Source of the DNA: a virus
Lineage: Duplodnaviria; Caudoviricetes
Length of the DNA stretch: 64,000 nucleotides
Reading direction: 5' to 3' (one strand)
IMG/VR virus record: IMGVR_UViG_3300025000_000055
Part shown: piece after piece, positions 19,687 to 29,100 of the stretch
Layout: each line of letters opens with the position of its first letter
Numbering within the stretch: position 1 is the stretch's first letter
Made by a program: the position numbers and the translations under genes
Notes under the pieces: generated by a model
Database searches by the model: none
What the model saw: only the letters and a program-made list of their open reading frames with translations
What the model was told of the DNA's origin: nothing

Positions 19687-22600
19687 TTATTTTTTAATAT
19701 TTAGACAAAATAAAATATATGATTTTAAATCTACTTCATATCTAATTTCATTGGGTATAGTATTTGATATTAATATAGGATAATTTTTATTAGACTCCAT
19801 TTTAGAATGTATATCCTCAATATATTGTTTTAGATGTATTAAAGAATTAAATGGTCCGTGAATTCCTAGTTGTTCCCCCCAAACAGTTTCAATCCAATAA
19901 ACCTTTTCATTTTTAATATAATAACATAAAGTATGATTAAATCCACCAGTATTTTCTTTTTCATTGTATTCAATAAAAAATAAACAATTAGCTTTATATA
20001 TTTTATTGTTATTAAATAAATTACGAATAAATATTGCTTGTTCATGAGATGAACCATTTTGAGTTTCAAGAAGTTCATCATCATTTTTTAATAAATTAAA
20101 TTCAGAGCTCTTAATATTATTTCTCATAAAATTATATACATCTTCATCACCATTAAAATTAGGTAAATCAGTTATATATAGTTCTGTAACAATATTATTT
20201 TCTTGTTTATTCATTATTTTTAATACATTTTTATCAACTGTATCTTTATTATAGTTTTCTAACTTACCTCTGGTTACAAAATAAGTTTCTTTTTGTTTAG
20301 TAAAATCATATGGTTTATATAAACTAGGATGTTTATCAATCATACCATTATTAGAAGCTTTTAATATTTCAGCTACAAATTGACTACAAAAATATTCATT
20401 TTCCCTATCAGTTTCTTTACCAATACTTATATTAAATAAACCAATAAAACTAAAACTTAATTTATCTTTTTTCTTTTTAAATTCATTTAGTTTATTTTTC
20501 ATTAAGTCTCTTTGTTCTTTAGTAACAAATATTACATAAAGGGAATAACTAGTATCTTTAATAACATCTTTAAGCAAACCATCTTTAATATCTTCATTAA
20601 TAAATGTCATATCAGAATCTTTAAATTTTCTACCAAAACTATACATATCATTTAAACTACTATCAAATGAAATACTTACATGACTATATGGATCGCCAGT
20701 AACAAACTTAATAACTTTAGCCATATTAGTATTAGTGTAAGTTAATAAAATAAATACTGGGTAAAGATTATTATTTGATTTATAAGATTCTTTAACAAAA
20801 TCTCTTTCACCCTCAAAATCAAATTGCCTATAATCTATAGTTAATTCCTCACCTTTTTTAATTTTATTTTTAGATTTATAAAAGTAAACTTTTTTCCCAT
20901 TTCTATTAGCTTGAACTAATACTAAATTAGGATTATTTGAATGATTAACAAATTGACCAGCTTTAGTTCGTTCATAATCTTTATCTGGATTACCAGTTTC
21001 ATTAACTTTCTTTATAGCTAATAATTTAGTATTATAATCAATACCTTTATTTGCAAATATACCTTTACCAGATATTTTTGAATCCTTAACATTATAGTAT
21101 GTTTCAGAAATATATGAATCATCTATCTTCTTTAAAGTTATAACTTCTAATTTTCTAGCACCACCAATATCATTTTTCATTTTATCATTTAAATATTCTT
21201 TAAATTGATAATCATTAATACTCTTTATTTCAATAACACTGATAATTTGTACAGGAGCCCCCCATTCAGTTTGATAAATATTATTCTCTAAATATTTATG
21301 TCTTTCGGCATATACACGTATAGTATAAACAATTTTACCAGAATTAAGTCTTTTTTTTATACTAACCCATTCGTTCTTTGGAAAAGTTATAACTGGTATT
21401 TTAATTTTAGTATTTTTTAATTCATTGGCATTAAAAAAACCTTCGTTACAAGGTATATCCCATTTCTTTTTAGCTTCTTCCTCCATTTTAACTAATCTAG
21501 TATAATAATCGGGTATTTCATCTAAATGATCTTTAGCTATCATTCTAGCTTTATCTAAATTTTTAGTGTGTTCCTGTTCAATTTTTATCCCTATTTTTAA
21601 TTGTTCAGAATCATAATTAGAATCTGGTCGTATATCATAACTAAGGTCAATAGCTTTTTCATCTTTATTCTCTTCTATAAAAGATTCTTTAATAAATTCA
21701 TCAAGAGATCTAATAAACCTTATATGTGTTTTATTAACCATGTCGCTTTTTTGTTCTTTAAACCCATATTTTTTAGCTAATTTGATAGATATATTATTAG
21801 TTTTTTTTATATTTAAAACAATTGATGTTATATCTCTTTTAGAACGATGACAGAATTGAATACCCTCATTCATTAAAACATGAGAAATACCTTTTCCACG
21901 AAACTCTTCTTTAATAAATATATTAAAGAAAGCATATTCTCTTTTAACCTTTACTTCAATAAATCCAGCATTTCTATTACCAACTTTATAAATGTATCTA
22001 AAAGATACTTTATTATAAAACTCCCTTGGTCCTAATTTTTCTTTATCTTTATTATCTCCTAATATTCTTAATGCACGTTGATATTCAGCTTCCATTATAA
22101 TATCAGTATTAATAATTTCATTATAAGATTCCATTAAAACAAATATAGGTCTGTTATCTTCACCATTAGATTCAATATATCTATCTTTAGCTTGTTTTAA
22201 AAATTCAAATATAGAATCATATTTTTTATCAATAACTTTGATATAACTAAAAGTTGTTTGACTCATTAATACTCTGTCTTTTAATTTTTCTTTTACTTTA
22301 TCAACTGCTATGATTTTATGATGGTTATTAGGATTTTCCCCACCTTGTTTGACTTCTATCTCTAATGCTAAAGAAACTATAAATACATCAGGAATATAAA
22401 ACTTTTCTTCACCTTCATATACATAATAATAAACATGAGGTGATGGTGTCATTACATCATCTGAATCAAATTGTAAAAATATATCTAAAAATTTTAATAA
22501 ATCTAATTCATATGAACCAGTATATGTTTTTTTATTACCATCAGACCATTCATACTCACCTGATATTTTTCTATTAGCTAACATTTTCTTTTGTTGTTCA

Positions 22601-22914
22601 GGACTACTTAATAAATGTATCTTACCATATTTACCAATCATCCTTTGTTTAAATATTTCTCTATATCTATCTTTACATTCAGGTCTTTCACAAAATCTTA
22701 AATATTTATTAGTAGTTTCATTCCATTTAGTGGGTCTTTTACATATAATACATCTTCCTTTATCTTTACCCGTTTTTACAAAATAAAAATATTGTGCTGG
22801 AGTAAAAGTTTTAGGAATCATACCCTCATGTTCTTGTTCAAGGTGTTCGTATAAATCTTCAATATGATTAAATTTATCTTCACATATATTACACTTAATC
22901 AAATTAAAACACAT
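19687..22914 (-). CDS. multidomain effector polyprotein: Zn-finger/PD-(D/E)xK nuclease, GNAT, DUF5661-like, unknown, SET, permuted NlpC/P60, transglutaminase-like
   Basis: YIPDVF..EIEVK; FRGKGIS; GIKIEQEHT..ARMIAKDHLDEIPDYY; SKISGKGIFA..FVNHSNNPN..KKGEELTIDY; YSHVSIS..YFCSQFVA; GSSHEQ..NHT..WIE. Confidence 0.8.
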   Translation of the reverse strand: MCFNLIKCNICEDKFNHIEDLYEHLEQEHEGMIPKTFTPAQYFYFVKTGKDKGRCIICKRPTKWNETTNKYLRFCERPECKDRYREIFKQRMIGKYGKIHLLSSPEQQKKMLANRKISGEYEWSDGNKKTYTGSYELDLLKFLDIFLQFDSDDVMTPSPHVYYYVYEGEEKFYIPDVFIVSLALEIEVKQGGENPNNHHKIIAVDKVKEKLKDRVLMSQTTFSYIKVIDKKYDSIFEFLKQAKDRYIESNGEDNRPIFVLMESYNEIINTDIIMEAEYQRALRILGDNKDKEKLGPREFYNKVSFRYIYKVGNRNAGFIEVKVKREYAFFNIFIKEEFRGKGISHVLMNEGIQFCHRSKRDITSIVLNIKKTNNISIKLAKKYGFKEQKSDMVNKTHIRFIRSLDEFIKESFIEENKDEKAIDLSYDIRPDSNYDSEQLKIGIKIEQEHTKNLDKARMIAKDHLDEIPDYYTRLVKMEEEAKKKWDIPCNEGFFNANELKNTKIKIPVITFPKNEWVSIKKRLNSGKIVYTIRVYAERHKYLENNIYQTEWGAPVQIISVIEIKSINDYQFKEYLNDKMKNDIGGARKLEVITLKKIDDSYISETYYNVKDSKISGKGIFANKGIDYNTKLLAIKKVNETGNPDKDYERTKAGQFVNHSNNPNLVLVQANRNGKKVYFYKSKNKIKKGEELTIDYRQFDFEGERDFVKESYKSNNNLYPVFILLTYTNTNMAKVIKFVTGDPYSHVSISFDSSLNDMYSFGRKFKDSDMTFINEDIKDGLLKDVIKDTSYSLYVIFVTKEQRDLMKNKLNEFKKKKDKLSFSFIGLFNISIGKETDRENEYFCSQFVAEILKASNNGMIDKHPSLYKPYDFTKQKETYFVTRGKLENYNKDTVDKNVLKIMNKQENNIVTELYITDLPNFNGDEDVYNFMRNNIKSSEFNLLKNDDELLETQNGSSHEQAIFIRNLFNNNKIYKANCLFFIEYNEKENTGGFNHTLCYYIKNEKVYWIETVWGEQLGIHGPFNSLIHLKQYIEDIHSKMESNKNYPILISNTIPNEIRYEVDLKSYILFCLNIKK

Positions 22915-22995
22915 CCTTTCTTTTAAGCTATTATGTAAATGTTTTTTATATGTGCAAAATATAAATAAATAAAAAAAATCAGGTAGATATTTTAT

Positions 22996-23403
22996 CTACC
23001 TGATTTTTAATTTTTTTTCCTTTATGAATTCCATTAACATCATCTCAATTGTTTTAGTTATATAACCTATTATATATGTTTCAGTATAATAGTATTCTAA
23101 ACTTTTCATGAAGGGCTTATTAAATGACATTACAACCTTATGAACTAATTCACTTAAATCTTTTTCAAAATCATAGATCATTCTTATATCTTTTAATTCA
23201 TATTCCAATTTGTATTTTTCTAAAAATACTCTTTTTATAGTATCTTCTATAATACCCATTAAAATATCTAAGTCTTGAATATTATTTGTAGTAGGAGTAT
23301 TTTTCTTATTTTTTATATGATTAATTATACTAATTAAAAAACAGAAAATAGTAAAATAAGTAATAGATATTACACCTAATAATTTTATTAAATCAATATT
23401 CAT
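22996..23403 (-). CDS. hypothetical protein with N-terminal TM helix
   Basis: LLGVISITYFTIFCFLISII; late promoter at 23431. Confidence 0.65.
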   Translation of the reverse strand: MNIDLIKLLGVISITYFTIFCFLISIINHIKNKKNTPTTNNIQDLDILMGIIEDTIKRVFLEKYKLEYELKDIRMIYDFEKDLSELVHKVVMSFNKPFMKSLEYYYTETYIIGYITKTIEMMLMEFIKEKKLKIR

Positions 23404-23522
23404 ATTAATTTAACCCCCTTAAATATATTCTAAATTATTGTTTTATGTATATTATTAATTTACTTATAATACATTTTAGTAATATTTGTTTATTATTTTA
23501 AGGTGGTGTTGTATAATATATT

Positions 23523-23942
23523 ATGGAAAACTTTAAAAAAGAAATCGATTTTGGAGTTGATAATTTTCAAAAACAAAAAGTTCTTAATAGTAATCAATCT
23601 ATTGCTCAAATTATAGTTAATTTATTTTTTATGAGACCTGGTAATATACCTAGTTTACCACATATAGGAATCAATATACACCAATATTTATATAGTATTG
23701 ATGATCAAGTTAATATTGATGGTCTTAAAGAAAATATATATAGACAATGCCCAGCTTTAATACCATATCTGAATATGGGTGAAGTAAAAGTATTTGTCGC
23801 TGAATATAAAGGACAAGGAATTTTAATGGTTGCTATCCCAGTATTAACAGATAACACTACAATTTTACTTGGTTTTACTAAAAACAATTCTGGGGATATA
23901 CTCTTCAATTATTCTATTGAAGAAAGTATAACTAATATTTAA
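23523..23942 (+). CDS. baseplate wedge protein, gp25-like
   Basis: NLFFMRPGNIPSLPHIGINI matches the gp25 pattern L.T.PGE....P.FG. Confidence 0.7.
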   Translation: MENFKKEIDFGVDNFQKQKVLNSNQSIAQIIVNLFFMRPGNIPSLPHIGINIHQYLYSIDDQVNIDGLKENIYRQCPALIPYLNMGEVKVFVAEYKGQGILMVAIPVLTDNTTILLGFTKNNSGDILFNYSIEESITNI

Positions 23943-23960
23943 AAGGATGGTGTTCTAGTA

Positions 23961-25460
23961 ATGAGTGATATTAAATTTGATCAAGGCATTGATTTACAGG
24001 CAATTATTAAAGAAAGTGAGTTAAATACTTTAAAAGAAGAAATTAATGATAATGAATTAACTCCAGTTATTGGAAACAATTGGATGAATAAGATATGCTC
24101 TGAAGAATTGGGACCTACTTTACCCAAAGATTCTATTAATTTATCTGATGTTCAAACAGAAAGTAAATATGAGGGTTTAGGTATTATAATAGAAAAATCA
24201 GAACAAGAGAAACCAACCACAATGAGAGAACAACCTGGTTTATCAAAAGAAACTATGAATAGTTTAGATGAATATATGAAAGATTTTGATGAAACTATTA
24301 GTGTTGTTAAAGAAAAAGTTGAAGAAATTAAATCTAAACAAGATGATGATGATGATGAAAAAGATGCAGCTGATGAAAAAATGACTAAAGATGAATTTGA
24401 TAGAGTTTATTCTGAAGCTGTTGTTGTTATTGATAAAACTGGTATGGGTACTATTATTAATTTTACCAATGAAGAAAGAGAAAAATTAGAAAAAGTGAAA
24501 AAAATTAAATTAGAGGAAGTAGAAACTATCAATCTGCAAGTCCTTAAAACTAAAAAGAAAAAAGGTAAAGTTGACACTATTCTTAAAAAGTTTGTTAATA
24601 TTCATACGACACCTATTGTTGCAGTAAATTCTGGTTATACTGCTATGATGAAAGGGTGTTCTGCATATGAATTAATGTCTATAATGGCAGATACTAAGAA
24701 TCCACTTATAGATGCCCAAACAAAATGGTCATTAATTCATAGTAAAATTGAGTCAACCAGTATTGGTATATTAACATATGAGGATTTTCTAATTAAATCA
24801 GCTGCACTAGATTACAATATGTATATTTATGGTATTCTTTGTGCAACATATCCTAATGATGATACAATTCCATTAAAATGTGAAAAATGTGGTAAAGATT
24901 TTGAACATAAATATTCAATTAAATCTCTAATTAGAGCTGAAAAGATGAGTGATAAACTTAAGCAAGAAGTTGGTTCTATTATAGATGCTTCGGTTAGTTT
25001 AGAAACAGCTAAATTTAAGCATAAAAATAGTTCTTTTTCTCAAGTCAAAGCTATTAGATTACCGGATAGTGGATTTATTGTTGAAATGTATATTCAATCA
25101 GTATACGATTATATTAATAAATCTATTAAAGAATTATCTGATAATAAAGATAGCAAGTACAATCAAGCATCTGTATTATCATCAGTTGTTAATAAAGTTT
25201 ATATTCCTGATGAAAAAGAACTAGATGAATACTTTGAATTCGATTCTGTTACGGATATAACTAAAATAATTTATTCTTTAAGTGATACAGATATTTTAAT
25301 ATTAAGTAAACAAGCCGATATACTTATGGATGGATTTGAATTCGGTTTAATGAATATTACTTGTCCAAATTGTAAACATCATAACAATACAGTTAATATG
25401 GAATTGGAGGAAATCCTTTTTCTCAAGTATCAGCAGGCAATGACTACCAAAATCGAATAG
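23961..25460 (+). CDS. baseplate hub/tail assembly chaperone, T4 gp26-like, with two CxxC motifs
   Basis: CEKCGK and CPNCKH; follows the gp25-like gene; acidic N-terminal extension. Confidence 0.6.
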   Translation: MSDIKFDQGIDLQAIIKESELNTLKEEINDNELTPVIGNNWMNKICSEELGPTLPKDSINLSDVQTESKYEGLGIIIEKSEQEKPTTMREQPGLSKETMNSLDEYMKDFDETISVVKEKVEEIKSKQDDDDDEKDAADEKMTKDEFDRVYSEAVVVIDKTGMGTIINFTNEEREKLEKVKKIKLEEVETINLQVLKTKKKKGKVDTILKKFVNIHTTPIVAVNSGYTAMMKGCSAYELMSIMADTKNPLIDAQTKWSLIHSKIESTSIGILTYEDFLIKSAALDYNMYIYGILCATYPNDDTIPLKCEKCGKDFEHKYSIKSLIRAEKMSDKLKQEVGSIIDASVSLETAKFKHKNSSFSQVKAIRLPDSGFIVEMYIQSVYDYINKSIKELSDNKDSKYNQASVLSSVVNKVYIPDEKELDEYFEFDSVTDITKIIYSLSDTDILILSKQADILMDGFEFGLMNITCPNCKHHNNTVNMELEEILFLKYQQAMTTKIE

Positions 25461-25471
25461 AACAATTCTAT

Positions 25472-25681
25472 GTGTTTCTTGATGAGATGTTAGAATTATT
25501 TAAAGGGCAACTTGATATTGATTATATTAAATATGGTATGTCATATAAAGAGGCTCTTTTATTAAGAGACACAAGAGTTGAAAGATTAAAAAAAGAAAGA
25601 GAAGAAATTGAGAAGGATAGAGAAATAGAATCGGCTAAAATAAAACAACAACAATTTCAAAAATCTTTCTTAAAAAAATAA
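25472..25681 (+). CDS. small gp51-like ORF, possible -1 frameshift extension of the upstream gene
   Basis: No RBS before the GTG; frame open from 25397, overlapping the upstream gene end in the -1 frame. Confidence 0.55.
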   Translation: MFLDEMLELFKGQLDIDYIKYGMSYKEALLLRDTRVERLKKEREEIEKDREIESAKIKQQQFQKSFLKK

Positions 25682-25727
25682 CCCCATCCTGTTGATACAG
25701 TTTGTGTGAAAGGGGTTTAACAAACCT

Positions 25728-26108
25728 ATGCTAAATGATATTATTTCTGTATTCAATCAGCTTACTCGTAGTGAGTTGGCTGATTGTTCATTATTTGAAA
25801 ATATTATTAATAGACACTATGAAAAATTTAAATATTTTTATTCTATTATAGATAATATCAATTTAAAGAGTATAATAGATATTGACTGTCAAGAAGAATC
25901 AACAAAGTTAAATATTTATATTTCATTTAAAACAAAAAAAGAAAGAGATACATTTTTTAATATATTTATTAATAAAATTAATAATAGATGTAGTTTTAAA
26001 TATAAAGATTATTTTATTTTCAATGTTATGAGAGATACTAAATGTATTAATATAACAATAGAAAATAATGATATTATAATGGAAGAGGTGATTTATGGAT
26101 GCAAATAG
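25728..26108 (+). CDS. hypothetical protein
   Basis: AGGGG RBS; overlaps the start of the RNAP gene. Confidence 0.65.
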   Translation: MLNDIISVFNQLTRSELADCSLFENIINRHYEKFKYFYSIIDNINLKSIIDIDCQEESTKLNIYISFKTKKERDTFFNIFINKINNRCSFKYKDYFIFNVMRDTKCINITIENNDIIMEEVIYGCK

Positions 26109-29100
26109 AATTATATGACACTAAGAAATTTATTGAGGTTAATAATTTAAGAGAAATAACAAACTTAATTTTATTTGAGAAAGGGAATATTCCAACTGTT
26201 GATGGTTTATTATCAACAGATATTTTTGGAGTTTCGGCTAGAGAAAGAAAAGAAACATATGCTTATATCGATTTACACGGGCATTTCTTACACCCATTTA
26301 TATTTAAAACATTAAAACGAATGAATAAGAAATTTGAATCTGCTATATATGGTAATGTAAATTTTATAATTAAAGATGGTGAATTAATTGAAGATGAAAA
26401 TGGAGAAAGTGGGATAGAATTTTTATATAAAAACTGGGAGAAATTTGATTTTAAAAGAAATAATAGTATGATGAGAAATGAAAGAATTTCTGTTTTAGAA
26501 TCATATAAAAAAGATGTTCTATTTACTAAATATTGGATTGTTATGCCAGCTTTCTTTAGAGATGTAAATTTACAATTTGCAGCTGAAGGAAGAGTGTCAC
26601 ATCATGAGATCAATGATAAATATTCTAAATTAATTAGGTTCGCTTCTATAATTAATAATAATAATTTTGACTTTGTTTTAAATACAACTAAAGCAAAAAT
26701 TCAAGAAATGCTTGTTGAAATATATGATTTACTTAAAGGTAAAATAGAGAAAAAACAAGGGCTGATCCGTAAGTCTCTATTAGGTAAATCTATTGATTTT
26801 GGCGTTAGGAGTGTAAATTTACAATGCACGTGATTCTTTAATTGTCGGGGAAGCCTTTTAAATATCTTACTACCAAACTATATTAGTAATAATATAGTGG
26901 CGAAGGGTAATGCCTTAGGTATGGTAACAAGGTAAGAAATTAGGTAATCCGCAGCTAAGTCTCTTTATTTGTTGTGTTAAAATAAGTTTTTAATAATAAA
27001 TAAACTTTTTATTAAAGGAGGTGATAAGATTGTTTTTTATAAATATAATAACAGAAAAGGAACAATGGAAAAAAATTTATATTAAAAATAAAATAACAAA
27101 ATATAGTATTAGTTCATATGGTAATATTAAAAATGAAGAAACTAATTATATATTACATCCTGCTAAGGATTCAGATGGGTATTTGATAGTTTCACTATAT
27201 CTTAATTCAAAGCGGTATATTAGGAAAATGCATAGATTAGTGGGAATAGCTTTTATACCTAATCCTGAAAATAAACCTACAGTTAATCATAAAGATGGTG
27301 TTAAATCTAATAATTATGTTTATAATTTAGAATGGGCTACTTATTCTGAACAAATGGTTCATGCATTTGAATTAGGTTTAGTTGAAGGTGGAAAAGGTGA
27401 AAAAAATTCCATGTGTAAATATTCAGAAAAAATAATTCATAATATATGTGAATTATTAGAAAATGGATATAATCGTTCAAAAATATCTAAAAAATTAGAA
27501 GTACCAAAAGATTTAATACAAAGAATTGTATTAGGAAGAAGTTGGACATATATATCATCATTATATAATATAGATCCTAAAAAAAGTAAAACTCCATATT
27601 CAAAAGGACAAGAACACTATCATGCATCTTGTAATGAAGAGATGATACATTCAGTTTGTAAATTATTAGAAGAAGGAAAATTATCAATTAAGGAAATATC
27701 TAAAAAATTAAATATTTCTAAATATATAATAAAACATATTTTATACAATAATACTTGGAAACAAATATCATCTCAATATAACGTGGATAATTTTAAAAAA
27801 TATAGACATAATACAACAACAAATAAAGAGAAAAGTTCAACGACTATCGAAAACAATATGTTTATCATTAATATAAAAATTGGTAAACATAGGGTAAGTA
27901 GGTAAACTCACAAGTCAATTAATGGTGGGTTGAAATGGGAAACCATCAAAAAGATGAAGATATAGTCTAGTATCCTAGTGAAAACTAGGGACGTTCATTA
28001 GAGAACTGCATAGTCTGACGAACTATGTGAATACAACGAATTTCTGCACCTGTATTTAAAGCAAATAGACCAGAAGAAATGAAGGTTGACTTTTATAATT
28101 GTGGTATTCCATTGTCACAATGCTGTTCATTATGTACACCGTTTATGATAACATGGGTAAAAAGATTTTTTCAAAGAGAATTAGAAAGATTATATAATAA
28201 ATATCCAGTTAGATTAAAAACAGAAGAAATTATTTATGTTAAATTAAAATCTCCGGAATTATATTTTAATGATGAATATATTGAAAAGCAAATTAATAAA
28301 TTTATTTCTAGTTATGGTGATAGATTTGAAAAAATTAAATTACCTGTAGATGATCCAAAATATGATAAAAATATTTATTTAAGTTTCATCGGCAGAGAAT
28401 ATATTAAAGGAGTTCCAGAAACAGAATCACCCTTAATACAAAGGCCTGCTACATGGTGTGATATTTTATATCAAGCAGCAGTTGAAATTACCTCTGACAA
28501 ACATGTATATGTAACACGGTATCCTGTTTTAGATTATTTTGGTACTTTTCCTAATAAAATTCATGTGTTATCAACACATGAAACTATTCCAATGTTTGTT
28601 GGTTTTAGGGTATATGAGCACTACCCTAAAATAGATATTAAAATGCCTAAAGATAAAGTTTCTGTTGCCTTTGCTGATACAGTAACAATGTCAAACCTGT
28701 ATTTAACAGGTCTCGGTGGGGATTACGACGGCGATTTTACGTTCGAAGAACTTTGGTCGCTCAGCAGTAGTAATATTGCTGATAGCATTCTGTGAACGCT
28801 TAACGAGCGGTGTGTGGGTTATTAAGAATAAAGTTGGAAAGATAACCTATGCTAACGGTAGAAGCGGAAATAAGTGGTATTTGACAGCCGACGAATATGC
28901 TTCGTAAGAGAACCTAAGGACCTGAAATATGGTTAGCTTGGTAATACCGTGTTTTTATGAATTAACTTTTCCCAAAAAATAAAAAAGTATTAAATGCTCA
29001 ACAATTCAATGAGGTGAGTAATTTGTTTAAAATTTCAGAAGAGGAATCTAAAGAATGTAAGAAATATTTTGGTGTTATTTATATGATTATTGATAAAACA

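Noticed and set aside
24343-24360. GATGAT run as a tandem-repeat element
   Set aside because: It simply encodes a poly-Asp linker in an acidic region
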